Source: Acidimicrobiia bacterium
GTDB lineage: Bacteria; Actinomycetota; Acidimicrobiia; Spongiisociales; ZC4RG35
Assembly: GCA_035706345.1 (NCBI GenBank)
Contig: DASSVE010000163.1
Coordinates: 12,095 to 76,094, forward strand
Reading direction: 5' to 3'
Length of the DNA: 64,000 nt
The translations under genes were made by a program, and so were the position numbers. Below, in pieces: positions 30,433 through 39,576 of the stretch (its first letter is position 1; each line of letters opens with the position of its first letter). Below the pieces are notes generated by a model, which was not told where the DNA came from, searched no databases, and was given only the letters and a program-made list of their open reading frames with translations.

Positions 30433-31325
30433 TCCTGCTCGCCTCCGGTGAGCCCGAGGAACACCGACTCGAGCGAGCTTCGCTCCGGACGCACCTCTGT
30501 GGGGTATATGCCGGAACGGGCCAGGGCCTCGAGGACGGCGGAGACGTCTGTCGAGCCGACGACCAGACCCTCCTGATCGACGCTGACTTCGTATCCGGCC
30601 GTGCGCAGAACCTCGGCGGCCCGGCTGTCGTCGGTCTTGATCCGGGTGCCGCTCCCCTCGAGCAGCGACTCCAGGGGGCCCTGGACGACGAGACGGCCCT
30701 TGTCGATCACCACCACATAGTCCGCCAGCGCCTCGACGTCCGCGAGGTCGTGGCTGGAGACCACCACGGTGCGGCCTTCCTGAGCCAGGTTCTTCAGCCG
30801 GGCCCGGAAGGCGTGCTGCCCGGCGGGGTCGAGACCGTCGAGGGGCTCGTCGAGGATGAGCAGCTCAGGGTCGCCGACCATCGCAGCGGCGAGGGCAAGA
30901 CGCTGGCGCATTCCCTTCGAGTAGTCGCTCACCTTGCGATGGGCGTCGGCGCTCAGGCCTACGAATTCGATCAGCTCCTCGATGCGATCGTGCCCGAAGC
31001 CCAGGGTGTCGGCGGCGACCTCCATGTTGACCCGACCGGAGAGGGCGGGGATCAGACCGGGCTCCTCGACGATCACACCCACCTTCTTGACGATCTCCGG
31101 CAGATGGTCGGGTACCGACCGGCCGAGGACTTCGATCTCCCCGGCGTCGGGCCGGGTGAGACCGAGGATGCAGCGGAAGGTGGTGGTCTTGCCGGCGCCG
31201 TTCGGGCCCAGGAAACCGGTCAGCTGGCCGGCGGGGATCTCGAAGTCGAGACCGTCGAGAGCTTGGGTGCGCCGGTACCTCTTGTGGAGACCGCGCACAC
31301 TGATGGCAGCCGAACCGGTGGACAT
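30429..31325 (-). CDS. ABC transporter ATP-binding protein (298 aa; partner of the ABC-2 permease)
   Basis: Walker A GPNGAGKTT, signature LSGGM-like YSKGMRQRL, Walker B LLILDEP. The ORF-track N-terminal extension to 31607 is spurious (Arg-rich). Confidence 0.88.
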   Translation of the reverse strand: MSTGSAAISVRGLHKRYRRTQALDGLDFEIPAGQLTGFLGPNGAGKTTTFRCILGLTRPDAGEIEVLGRSVPDHLPEIVKKVGVIVEEPGLIPALSGRVNMEVAADTLGFGHDRIEELIEFVGLSADAHRKVSDYSKGMRQRLALAAAMVGDPELLILDEPLDGLDPAGQHAFRARLKNLAQEGRTVVVSSHDLADVEALADYVVVIDKGRLVVQGPLESLLEGSGTRIKTDDSRAAEVLRTAGYEVSVDQEGLVVGSTDVSAVLEALARSGIYPTEVRPERSSLESVFLGLTGGEQE

Positions 31326-31336
31326 CGGCTTCGAGA

Positions 31337-31609
31337 CTAACCGGGCACCCAGTGGATCTCGGCACCCCACTGGTGGAGGGAGATCCCGATGTAGTCGACT
31401 CTCGCCACCCCGAGCCGGCCGCCGAGCCGTCGGACGTGGGCTCGTTTGCCGGGCCCGACCGCGTCGATGGGGTCGCCACCGGTGCTGACCGTCCTCACCT
31501 CCACGGCAACGCGACGCCCGTGATCTGTCATGAGCAGATCGACCTCGCCCCCGGAGACCTGGAGATTCCGACCCTCGAGCCGGAGACCCTGGCCGGTCAG
31601 CCAACACAA
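31337..31609 (-). CDS. yraN: UPF0102/YraN-family endonuclease-like protein. The N-terminus is unresolved: the conserved N-terminal helix is encoded upstream of the only available start (TTG at 31609).
   Basis: GEVDLLMTDHGRRVAVEVRT...RLGGRLG...VDYIGISL matches the YraN core (GElDli...vFVEVKtR). The in-frame upstream codons (31610-31650) encode SLGAAGEDLALCWL, matching the YraN helix-1 consensus, but contain no ATG/GTG/TTG. Confidence 0.6.
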   Translation of the reverse strand: MCWLTGQGLRLEGRNLQVSGGEVDLLMTDHGRRVAVEVRTVSTGGDPIDAVGPGKRAHVRRLGGRLGVARVDYIGISLHQWGAEIHWVPG

Positions 31610-31653
31610 GGCCAGATCCTCCCCGGCGGCACCGAGGGAGACCCGGCGTCGGC

Positions 31654-31977
31654 TCAGAGCTTGAGCTCCGTCTTCTCCAGCTTCTCGACGTTGACGTCGC
31701 GGAAGGTGAGCACCTGCACCTTCTCCAGGAACCGGGCCGGGCGGAACATGTCCCAGACCCAGGCGTCGCGCATCACGACCTCGAAGTAGATCGAGCCGTT
31801 GGCGTCCTTGACCTCGACCTCTACCTCGTTGGCGAGATAGAAGCGTCTCTCCGTCTCGACGACGAACTCGAACATGGGGAGCACGTCGTGGTACTCCTTG
31901 TAGAGCTTGAGCTCAACCTCTGTCTCGTAGCGCTCCAGGTCTTCGTCCATGTTCTCCTCATCTCTCACACGACTCAC
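31654..31977 (-). CDS. Conserved actinobacterial DUF2469-like protein (Rv2901c-like)
   Basis: 107 aa: ...YETEVELKLYKEYHDVLPMFEFVVETERRFYLANEVEVE...DAWVWDMFRPARF... From memory it resembles the M. tuberculosis Rv2901c family that sits between yraN and rnhB/lepB. Confidence 0.6.
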   Translation of the reverse strand: MSRVRDEENMDEDLERYETEVELKLYKEYHDVLPMFEFVVETERRFYLANEVEVEVKDANGSIYFEVVMRDAWVWDMFRPARFLEKVQVLTFRDVNVEKLEKTELKL

Positions 31978-32056
31978 TGCATCCTGGTGAGGTGCCTCGG
32001 TCCGGCGATGTTATCCCTGACCCGGGACAACACCTATCGCATCCAGGGGACAGTTT

Positions 32057-32689
32057 CTAGAGACCGCCGAAATTGGAGAGCGGCCAGATGATCACGAAGG
32101 CCCTCCCCACCAGGTCCTCGAGGGGGATGTTCCCGAATCTGCGACTGTCGAAGCTGAACTCGCGGTTGTCCCCCATGACGAAGACCTCGTCCTCGCCGAC
32201 CTGGAACGGGCCCTCGTCGGGCATGACCACGTCCTCGTCGAGATAGGGCTCGTCGATTGCCACCCCGTCGACGTGCACCCGATTGTCCGAGATCGTGATG
32301 GTCTCGCCGGGGAGACCGACGACCCGCTTGATCAGGTCGTCCTCGCCGCGGGTGCGGATGCCCACTGCTTCGAGGACCGACCGGATCACCGCCTCGGGTA
32401 TCGACTCATCGGTGTCGGGCTCGGAAGGGTTCTCGAAGACGACGACGTCACCCCGCTGCGGCTCCCCGAACCGGTAGGCCAGCTTGTTGACCATCACCCG
32501 GTCGTTGACGTGGATCGTGTCCAGCATCGACTCGGACGGGATCCAGAACGGCTGCACCAGGAAGGTCTTGATCAGGACCGCGATGATCAGCGCGGTCACC
32601 AGGAGACCGGGCAGCTCAGCCCAGAAGGAGCGCTTCTTGGTCTTCGGGGCCGATGACTGATCCGGACGCGGCTCTTCCGGCTCGGGCAC
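32057..32689 (-). CDS. lepB: Signal peptidase I
   Basis: Catalytic Ser (IPSESMLDT) and Lys box (GDNREFSFDSR) motifs with an N-terminal TM anchor. Confidence 0.9.
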   Translation of the reverse strand: MPEPEEPRPDQSSAPKTKKRSFWAELPGLLVTALIIAVLIKTFLVQPFWIPSESMLDTIHVNDRVMVNKLAYRFGEPQRGDVVVFENPSEPDTDESIPEAVIRSVLEAVGIRTRGEDDLIKRVVGLPGETITISDNRVHVDGVAIDEPYLDEDVVMPDEGPFQVGEDEVFVMGDNREFSFDSRRFGNIPLEDLVGRAFVIIWPLSNFGGL

Positions 32690-32727
32690 CGGGTCCCCTA
32701 GGAGATGACGGCCGCGTGGTTGGTTAC

Positions 32728-33072
32728 TCAGTCGCGCAGCTCCTTGATGCGAGCCGATTTCCCGGCCCGATCACGGAGGTAATAGAGCTTGGAACGGCGG
32801 ACGTCTCCCCGACGCACCACTTCGATCTTGGAGATGATGGGCGCATGGACCGGGAAGACACGCTCGACGCCGACGCCGAAGCTCAGCTTGCGGACGGTGA
32901 ACGAGGCACGGGGGCCGGAGCCGTTGCGAGCGATGACCACGCCTTCGAAGACCTGGATGCGCTCACGGCCACCTTCGACCACGCGCACGTGGACCTTGAC
33001 CGTGTCGCCTGCGCGGAACTCCGGGATGTCATCGCGCACATGCGCGGTCTCTACAGCTTGAAGATCGTTCAT
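32728..33072 (-). CDS. rplS: 50S ribosomal protein L19
   Basis: 114 aa L19 ([33 protein letters not shown]). Confidence 0.95.
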   Translation of the reverse strand: MNDLQAVETAHVRDDIPEFRAGDTVKVHVRVVEGGRERIQVFEGVVIARNGSGPRASFTVRKLSFGVGVERVFPVHAPIISKIEVVRRGDVRRSKLYYLRDRAGKSARIKELRD

Positions 33073-33130
33073 GGAGGGCTCCTAGAAACAGCCGGGAGCG
33101 GTCAGTGCTGGTCCCGGAACCGGAATTGTA

Positions 33131-33817
33131 TCAGCTATCCGTTTCCTTGCCATTCGGGAAGAGATCGGGGCGTCGCTCCCTCGTCCGCCGGAGACGCTGC
33201 TCGCGGCGCCACTCCTCGATCCGTGCGTGGTCCCCGCTGAGCAGGACATCGGGCACCTCGCGCCCCTCGAAGACGGCCGGTCTCGTGTACACGGGCTCCT
33301 CCAGCAGACCGTCCCGGAACGACTCCGACCGGGTCGAGTCCGGGTTCCCAATCACTCCCGGGATGAGACGGGCAATTCCCTCGATGACCGCGGCCGCGGC
33401 CACCTCGCCGCCGGCGAGCACGTAGTCGCCGAGACTCACCTCCTCGTCGACGAACAGGTCGACGACCCTCTGGTCGACCCCCTCGAACCGACCACAGACC
33501 AGGGTCAGCTCTTCGAGATCCGCCCAGCGATCCAGCGTCTCCTGGGTCAGCGGGTCGCCACCCGGCGTGAAGAGGACCCGATGGGTGTCCGACAGGGGCT
33601 CCAGGGCGGCGGCCAGCGGCTCGACCATCATCACCATTCCCGGGCCTCCGCCAAACGGGGCGTCGTCGAGCTGGCGGTGCTTGCCCAGCCCGTACTCCCG
33701 CAGATCGATGAGGTTCACCTCGAGCAGGCCGTCGGCGATGGCCCGGCCCACGATCGACGTCTCCAGAGGGCCCGAGAAGTACCCGGGGAACATGGTGACG
33801 ACGTTGATCCTCACCAT
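33131..33817 (-). CDS. trmD: tRNA (guanine37-N1)-methyltransferase
   Basis: MVRINVVTMFPGYFSGPL...SPOUT knot (DDAPFGGGPGMVMMVEPL). Confidence 0.93.
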   Translation of the reverse strand: MVRINVVTMFPGYFSGPLETSIVGRAIADGLLEVNLIDLREYGLGKHRQLDDAPFGGGPGMVMMVEPLAAALEPLSDTHRVLFTPGGDPLTQETLDRWADLEELTLVCGRFEGVDQRVVDLFVDEEVSLGDYVLAGGEVAAAAVIEGIARLIPGVIGNPDSTRSESFRDGLLEEPVYTRPAVFEGREVPDVLLSGDHARIEEWRREQRLRRTRERRPDLFPNGKETDS

Positions 33818-33838
33818 GTTGAGGTTAGGGGTGGAGGT

Positions 33839-35032
33839 TCAGACGAGCCGCTCTACGATCATCGCCATCCCCTGGCCTCCACCGACGCACATGGTCTCCA
33901 ACCCGTATGTGGCGTCCATGGTCTGCAGGCCGTTGAGCAACGTCCCCATGATGCGGGCCCCGGTCATGCCGAAAGGATGACCCAGCGCGATGGCGCCCCC
34001 ATGGGGATTGAGCTTGTCGATGTCGATCCCCAGCTGGTCGACGCAGGCGAGCACCTGGGCCGCGAAGGCCTCGTTCAACTCGATCAGGTCGATGTCGTCG
34101 AGGGTCATCCCGGTCTGTGCCAGGACCTTGCGCACCGCCGGCACCGGGCCGAGACCCATGTACTCCGGCTCCAGACCGGCGACCGAGGAGGCGACGATCC
34201 TGGCCAGTGGCTCCACGCCGAGCTCTGCGGCCCGGTCGGCGGACATCACCAGCACCGCGGCGGCGCCGTCGTTCAACGGGCAGGAGTTCCCCGCGGTGAC
34301 CGTGCCCTCCGGGTCGAACACCGGTGGCAGCTCTGCGAGCTTCTCCAGGGTCGTGTTGGGCCTGGGCCCGTCGTCATCGGCGATCACGCGGCCGTCGGGC
34401 AGCTCGATCGGGGTGATCTCACGCTCGAAGAACCCGTTCTTCTGCGCCTCCACCGCCCGGTCCTGAGACCTCTTGGCGAACTCGTCCTGCCGCTCCCTGG
34501 TGATCCCGTGGCGTTTGGCGACGTTCTCCGCCGTGTTCCCCATGGGGATGTAGACGTAGTTGATGAAGTCGTCACGCCCGGGATCGGTGAAACGGGGATT
34601 GAAGTCCTCGGGGTCGAGGGCCCGACCGTAGGTGCGGGTCACCGACTCTGTTCCCGCCGCCACGTAGGTGTGGCCCTCCCCCCTGGTGATGGCGTGATAG
34701 GCCATGCGGATGGTCTGCAAGGAGGAGGCGCAGAAGCGATTGACCGTGGTGGCCGGGACCGTGTCGGGCATGCCCCCGAGTAGTGACGCCGGTCGGGCCA
34801 CGTTGAGGCCCTGCTCGTGATGGGTGAGCCCGCAGCCGAGCATGACGTCCTCGACCGACGCCCGGTCGACCGCCGGGACCTTCTTCATCACCGCATCGAT
34901 GGCGAAGCCGGCCAGGTCGTCGGCCCTGACGTCGACCAGAGACCCCTTGTATGCCCGACCGATGGGAGTCCGGGCGGTGGCGACGATGACGGCATCTGGC
35001 ATGGGCACCTCAATTCTTGAATACACACTCAA
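33839..35032 (-). CDS. Acetyl-CoA C-acyltransferase (thiolase)
   Basis: Thiolase active-site regions (NRFCASSLQ; NEAFAAQV; GGAIALGHPFGMTGAR; C-terminal CVGGGQG). Confidence 0.88.
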   Translation of the reverse strand: MSVYSRIEVPMPDAVIVATARTPIGRAYKGSLVDVRADDLAGFAIDAVMKKVPAVDRASVEDVMLGCGLTHHEQGLNVARPASLLGGMPDTVPATTVNRFCASSLQTIRMAYHAITRGEGHTYVAAGTESVTRTYGRALDPEDFNPRFTDPGRDDFINYVYIPMGNTAENVAKRHGITRERQDEFAKRSQDRAVEAQKNGFFEREITPIELPDGRVIADDDGPRPNTTLEKLAELPPVFDPEGTVTAGNSCPLNDGAAAVLVMSADRAAELGVEPLARIVASSVAGLEPEYMGLGPVPAVRKVLAQTGMTLDDIDLIELNEAFAAQVLACVDQLGIDIDKLNPHGGAIALGHPFGMTGARIMGTLLNGLQTMDATYGLETMCVGGGQGMAMIVERLV

Positions 35033-35060
35033 ACTTAGCCGAAGTCATACTGTCGGCGAC

Positions 35061-35909
35061 ATGAAGGCGCTGGGGCTGATCCTCATCCTGGTGGTGGCGG
35101 GCGGCTGCACGCCCGGGACCACCGCCGACAGCGGGCCGGAGTCCACGGTGCCGGCCACGACCGCGACGCCAACATCGATCCTGCCCCCGATCGTCGAGTG
35201 CCCGGGGGTCGGCGAGTTCGAGGAGGGCGGCGGCATCGCCGACATTCCGGGGGAGGGATCGGACTCCCGGCTGATCGGTCAGATGTCGTGGGAGGCGAGC
35301 GACCAATGCGAGAGCTTCCACATCGACTTCGCCACATCCGAGGGCGCACCGGCAACGGCGGTCCCCGAGATCAGAGTCGACCATCTGGAGTCGTTCCAGG
35401 TGATCAGGGTGAGCATGAATGTCGAGTCCACCGTCGTCACGGATCAGCTCGTGGAGACTGCGATGGTGAAGCGTCTCTATGTCGTGCGCTCTCTGTCGGG
35501 GGGGATGTTCCTCGACCTGCATCTGTCGGCGCCGGCGGCGGTCAGGGTCTCGGTCTCCTCCTCACCAGCCCAGCTCACACTGGACCTTCGCCCCGGGTTC
35601 GTCCCCTTCAACGGGGCGGCGACGATCGGGGAGGACGTCGTGCTCACCTCCCCGGCGCTCCGCACCGGTTTGGACCAGACCGTCCAGTTCATCGGCTACG
35701 CCCGGACCTCCGATGGGAACGTGAGCCTGGAGGCGACTCAGGACGGGACAGTGGTCGCCGAGGCCGAAGGGAGCGCGGGCTCATCCGACACGTGGGGTGA
35801 GTACCGCATCGGCGTGACGCTGCCCACGGGCCCGGTGTCTGTTGTGTTGGGCGAGCCCGACGCCGACGATGTGATTCAGGGGATCAATCTCGATCTGTCG
35901 GTGGGATGA
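35061..35909 (+). CDS. Putative lipoprotein (GerMN/Gmad2-like beta-rich secreted domain?)
   Basis: Signal peptide with lipobox MKALGLILILVVAGGC. The ORF-track entry 34824..35909 is over-extended antisense into the thiolase gene. Confidence 0.6.
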   Translation: MKALGLILILVVAGGCTPGTTADSGPESTVPATTATPTSILPPIVECPGVGEFEEGGGIADIPGEGSDSRLIGQMSWEASDQCESFHIDFATSEGAPATAVPEIRVDHLESFQVIRVSMNVESTVVTDQLVETAMVKRLYVVRSLSGGMFLDLHLSAPAAVRVSVSSSPAQLTLDLRPGFVPFNGAATIGEDVVLTSPALRTGLDQTVQFIGYARTSDGNVSLEATQDGTVVAEAEGSAGSSDTWGEYRIGVTLPTGPVSVVLGEPDADDVIQGINLDLSVG

Positions 35910-36366
35910 GCCCCTCGATCTCCACGATTTCGACGACTCCTGTCTCCAGATCGACCCTGGGGACGAATGCCTCCACGAAGGGGACCTCGAAACGGATGGC
36001 GTCCCTCTCCACCACCAGCCGGTCCTGAGCCGGGCCGAAAACGACGTCGACCACCCGCCCGCCGCCGGGGGTCACCTCGAGACCGATCAGGTCTCGAGGC
36101 CAGAACTCGTCCGCGCCGAGAGGGCGCCGCTCGGCGACATGCACATCGAGGCCCCGCAGCTCCTCCGCACCGGACCTGTCCCGGATCTCCTCGAAGGCGA
36201 CCTGTGGCCCCTTCGCGCCCTGTCGGAGAGAGCGCACGGTGTAGCTGCGGCCTTCTATGGAGACCACCGAACCGGGCTGGAGATGGACGAGGTCCGCCTC
36301 GTCGACGTAGACGCCGATGAAGCCCTCGAGACCGCTGGGCTTGCCGAGGCGGCCGATAAGGAACAC
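35884..36366 (-). CDS. rimM: Ribosome maturation factor RimM (GTG start 36366)
   Basis: VFLIGRLGKPSGLEGFIGV RimM N-terminus and PRC-barrel C-domain. Conserved rpsP-KH-rimM-trmD order. Confidence 0.88.
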   Translation of the reverse strand: MFLIGRLGKPSGLEGFIGVYVDEADLVHLQPGSVVSIEGRSYTVRSLRQGAKGPQVAFEEIRDRSGAEELRGLDVHVAERRPLGADEFWPRDLIGLEVTPGGGRVVDVVFGPAQDRLVVERDAIRFEVPFVEAFVPRVDLETGVVEIVEIEGLIPPTDRD

Positions 36367-36373
36367 GGGTCGA

Positions 36374-36625
36374 TCAGTCGAGGAACTCGACTCCGGCGCT
36401 GATGCCCTCTTCGTCGCCGGCGGCGCCGGCCACGGCGCGAATCGCCTTGGCGACACGGCCCCGGCGGCCGATCACACGGCCCATGTCGGGCTTGGCCGTC
36501 CTCACCTCGGCGACGTACTCGTCGGGGCCCTGCTCGACCATGGTCACCTGTACGGCGTCGGCATCCTCGACGATGCTCTTCACCACGTAGGTGACGACTC
36601 TCTCTACGATCTCGCCCTTGGCCAC
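36374..36625 (-). CDS. KH-domain RNA-binding protein (UPF0109 family)
   Basis: About 84 aa. VAKGEIVERVVTYVVKSIVEDADAVQV...GRVIGRRGRVAKAIRAV KH GxxG-like motif. GTG start 1 nt after the rpsP stop. Confidence 0.8.
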   Translation of the reverse strand: MAKGEIVERVVTYVVKSIVEDADAVQVTMVEQGPDEYVAEVRTAKPDMGRVIGRRGRVAKAIRAVAGAAGDEEGISAGVEFLD

Positions 36626-36626
36626 C

Positions 36627-36980
36627 TCACTCCTCCTCGGATGAGGCGGCGGCTTCTTCCGCAGGCTCCTCGACCGGAGCCGGCTTCGCCTTCTCGACAC
36701 CTACCACGTGGATGCCACCGGTCTTGATCTTCATGGTGTTCATCGCACCGGAGATGTTGAGCAGCTTCTCCACCGTCTCCGAAGGCTGAGCGCCTTTCGC
36801 CAGCCAGTCGGCGGCCCTCTCGTTGTCGATCTCGACCAGCGAGGGCTCCTGACGGGCGTCGTAACGCCCGATCTGCTCGATGTACCGGCCGTCCCGGGGG
36901 GCGCGTTGGTCCATCACGACGACGCGGTACACGGGCTGCTTGGTCTTGCCCATCCGCATCAGTCTCATTCGAACTGCCAT
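36627..36980 (-). CDS. rpsP: 30S ribosomal protein S16
   Basis: MAVRMRLMRMGKTKQPVYRVVVMDQRAPRDGRYIEQIGRYD. Confidence 0.95.
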   Translation of the reverse strand: MAVRMRLMRMGKTKQPVYRVVVMDQRAPRDGRYIEQIGRYDARQEPSLVEIDNERAADWLAKGAQPSETVEKLLNISGAMNTMKIKTGGIHVVGVEKAKPAPVEEPAEEAAASSEEE

Positions 36981-36998
36981 CTATTCACCTCTGTGACG

Positions 36999-38333
36999 TC
37001 ATCTCTTCGGACGCCGGCCGCCAGTCAGGGCCTCGAGTGACGGTAGGCCCTTCCCACCCGCCAGCGTCTTCATCATCCTTTGTGTCTCGGTGAATTGCTT
37101 GAGGACCCGATTCACGTCCTGGGGCGTTGTGCCCGACCCGGCCGCGATCCGGCGTTTACGACTACCACCGATGATCTTGGGAGCCCGGCGCTCTTCGGGG
37201 GTCATCGACTGGATGATCGCCTCGACCCTCTTGAGGTCTCGATCGTCTATTTCGACCTCGCGTAGGAGCGACCCGGACCCGGGCAGCATAGCAAGGATCT
37301 CCTGGAGAGGCCCCATCGACTTGACCGCCTGGAACTGGCCCAGGAAGTCCTCCAGGTCGAACTCGCCCTTCTGGAGACGTTTCGCTGCCTTCTCCGCCTG
37401 GGCCTGGTCGAAGACGGTCTCTGCCTTCTCGATCAGGGTGAGGACGTCCCCCATCCCCAGGATCCGGCTCGCCATCCGCTCGGGGTGGAACGGCTCGAGG
37501 TCTTCGAGACCCTCGCCGACACCGGCGAACTTGACCGGGGCGCCGGTGACCGCCCGAACCGAGATCGCAGCCCCGCCGCGGGCGTCCCCGTCCAGCTTGG
37601 AGAGGATGACGCCGGTGAGGCCGATCTGGTCTGAGAAACCCTGTGCCACGTTGACGGCGTCCTGGCCTGTCATGGCATCGACGACGAGGAGCACCTCGTC
37701 GGGTGAGACAGCCTGACGCACGGCGGCCAGCTCCTTCATCAGGGCGTCGTCGATCTGGAGCCGACCGGCGGTGTCGACGATGACGACGTCCCGTCCGGTG
37801 TCGGACGCCTTCTTACGCGCCGTCTTGGCCAGCTTGGCCGGCTTCCCCTTGCGGTCTGCGAGCACGGGGACGTCGATGCGGCGGCCCAGGGTCTCCAGCT
37901 GGTCGATGGCTGCCGGTCGCTGCAGGTCGGCGGCCACCAGCAGGGGTCGTCGACCCTGTTTCGCCAACAGCCTGGCCAGCTTGGCCGCGGTGGTGGTCTT
38001 GCCCGAGCCCTGGAGACCGACCATGAGGATCACCAGCGGGGGCGACGTCTTCACCAGACCGGTCGATTCCCGCCCCAGGGTCTCCACCAGCTCCTCGTGG
38101 ACGATCTTGATCACCTGCTGGCCGGGGGTGATCGACCTGGAAACGTCCTCGCCGAGGGCACGCTCTTTGACCCGGGCCAGGAAGTCCTTGACCACGGTGA
38201 CGTTGACGTCCGCCTCCAGCAGAGCGATGCGGACCTCGCGGAGGGCTCCGTCGATGTCCTTCTCGGAGAGCTTTCCCTTCCCTCTGAGCGCGGAGAAGAC
38301 GGTCTCGAACCTCTGGGTGAGCGTGTCGAACAT
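36999..38333 (-). CDS. ffh: Signal recognition particle protein Ffh
   Basis: N, G (GLQGSGKTTTAAKLA; DTAGR) and M domains. 444 aa. Confidence 0.95.
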   Translation of the reverse strand: MFDTLTQRFETVFSALRGKGKLSEKDIDGALREVRIALLEADVNVTVVKDFLARVKERALGEDVSRSITPGQQVIKIVHEELVETLGRESTGLVKTSPPLVILMVGLQGSGKTTTAAKLARLLAKQGRRPLLVAADLQRPAAIDQLETLGRRIDVPVLADRKGKPAKLAKTARKKASDTGRDVVIVDTAGRLQIDDALMKELAAVRQAVSPDEVLLVVDAMTGQDAVNVAQGFSDQIGLTGVILSKLDGDARGGAAISVRAVTGAPVKFAGVGEGLEDLEPFHPERMASRILGMGDVLTLIEKAETVFDQAQAEKAAKRLQKGEFDLEDFLGQFQAVKSMGPLQEILAMLPGSGSLLREVEIDDRDLKRVEAIIQSMTPEERRAPKIIGGSRKRRIAAGSGTTPQDVNRVLKQFTETQRMMKTLAGGKGLPSLEALTGGRRPKR

Positions 38334-38354
38334 GAGCGGTCTAGGTTATGTGAA

Positions 38355-38693
38355 GTGGCGCTCCAAGTAGACACGGTGTTCGTCTGGGTGACCGATCTGG
38401 AAGAGTCCCTGCCCTGGTACCAGAAGATTGGGTTCACCGCCGGGGACCGTTACGGCACATGGCAGGTCCTCGAGGTCGACGGCGAGACGAGGTTCGCCCT
38501 CCATCAGGGGATCAGGGAGGAGGGGCCGCCCACTGCGGTGGTCTCGTTCCTGGTCGACGATCTCCAGGCCACCATCGATCGGCTCGGGGAGCAGTCGATC
38601 CGCCCCATCGACCAGATCACCGACACCGGGACCACCCGATTCGTCACCTACCGCGACCCGGACGGCAACGAGATCCAGCTCCTTCAGCGCTGA
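38355..38693 (+). CDS. VOC (glyoxalase/bleomycin-resistance/dioxygenase) family protein, about 112 aa
   Basis: VFVWVTDLEESLPWYQKIGF...FLVDDLQATIDRL...YRDPDGNEIQL paired beta-alpha-beta-beta-beta VOC module. The ORF-track start 38097 is over-extended antisense into ffh. Confidence 0.7.
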   Translation: MALQVDTVFVWVTDLEESLPWYQKIGFTAGDRYGTWQVLEVDGETRFALHQGIREEGPPTAVVSFLVDDLQATIDRLGEQSIRPIDQITDTGTTRFVTYRDPDGNEIQLLQR

Positions 38694-38711
38694 TAGGTCC
38701 CGCCCGCCGGC

Positions 38712-39536
38712 TCACCTGACGCAGTGCGGGTACGCGGCCAGGACGTCTTCCTGCGGTGCAGGCAGGGTCACACTCGGCTCGGTGCCACCCACCACAGTGA
38801 AGGTCGCCGCCTCGTATCCGAACTCCTCGGCATGCCCCGTTTCGTAGACCCTCGGGGTCACTGTCCCGTCGCTGTAGCCGAACCGGGCCATGGTGACCGA
38901 CTCCGGGCCGCAGGAGAACCAATCGTCATGCGTCGCCCCTCCCCCGAACCAGATCTCGGGGACCTCGCCGTCGGCGGTGTCGACCACCGAGAGCTCGCAG
39001 TCGTCGAGCAGGAAGAAGCCGAACAGCTCGCCGGGGAGGATCCCGGCGATGGCAGCCACGATCAACTGGTCGCCGCTCATGGAGACGACCTTCTCAGGCC
39101 GGGCCAGGAGCACGTCGAAGCCCAAACCCAATTGAGCGACGTCGATCGCCGTCGTGTACCCGGAGGCGAGCTCGACGTGGAGAACGGCGCCGGTGGCCGC
39201 AGCCGGGTCCTCGGAACCGAGGAGGTAGCCGGTGATCATGTCCTCGAAGCCGTCTCCGTCCACGTCACCCGCCACAGAGGTGGCCGCCAGCGCCTCCGGG
39301 TCGACCGGGACCTGGTTCTCACCGACGCACGTCTGTGACGGGCCCGTGGTGGTGGTGAGAGCGACGCTCGTGGTGGTGGGAGCGACGCTCGTGGTGGTGG
39401 TGGCCATGGTCGTATCGGTGACCTCACTCGATGGCGCCGTGGAACCGGTGCTGGTCGACGGCGCCGAGCCCCGCTGCGAGCACGCCACGAGACCCAGCAA
39501 AAAGGTCAGAGCCAATGCTGCGCCGGCCCGGTCCAC
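38712..39536 (-). CDS. Hypothetical lipoprotein with a Thr/Ser-rich linker
   Basis: GTG start at 39536. Signal peptide and lipobox VDRAGAALALTFLLGLVACSQ, then a TTTSVAPTTTSVALTTTT low-complexity linker and a beta-rich domain. Confidence 0.6.
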   Translation of the reverse strand: MDRAGAALALTFLLGLVACSQRGSAPSTSTGSTAPSSEVTDTTMATTTTSVAPTTTSVALTTTTGPSQTCVGENQVPVDPEALAATSVAGDVDGDGFEDMITGYLLGSEDPAAATGAVLHVELASGYTTAIDVAQLGLGFDVLLARPEKVVSMSGDQLIVAAIAGILPGELFGFFLLDDCELSVVDTADGEVPEIWFGGGATHDDWFSCGPESVTMARFGYSDGTVTPRVYETGHAEEFGYEAATFTVVGGTEPSVTLPAPQEDVLAAYPHCVR

Positions 39537-39576
39537 GATCGGGCAAAGCTTATAGATTGGCCCGGGTACGGCGTCG

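Noticed and set aside
33227-34783. 518-aa plus-strand ORF antisense to trmD and the thiolase
   Set aside because: It is antisense to two conserved genes and has no motifs. It is a typical high-GC open-frame artefact.
38097-38354. N-terminal 86 aa of the ORF-track VOC gene (start 38097)
   Set aside because: This part overlaps the ffh 5' end antisense and is not part of the VOC fold. A GTG at 38355 gives a standard 112-aa VOC protein.
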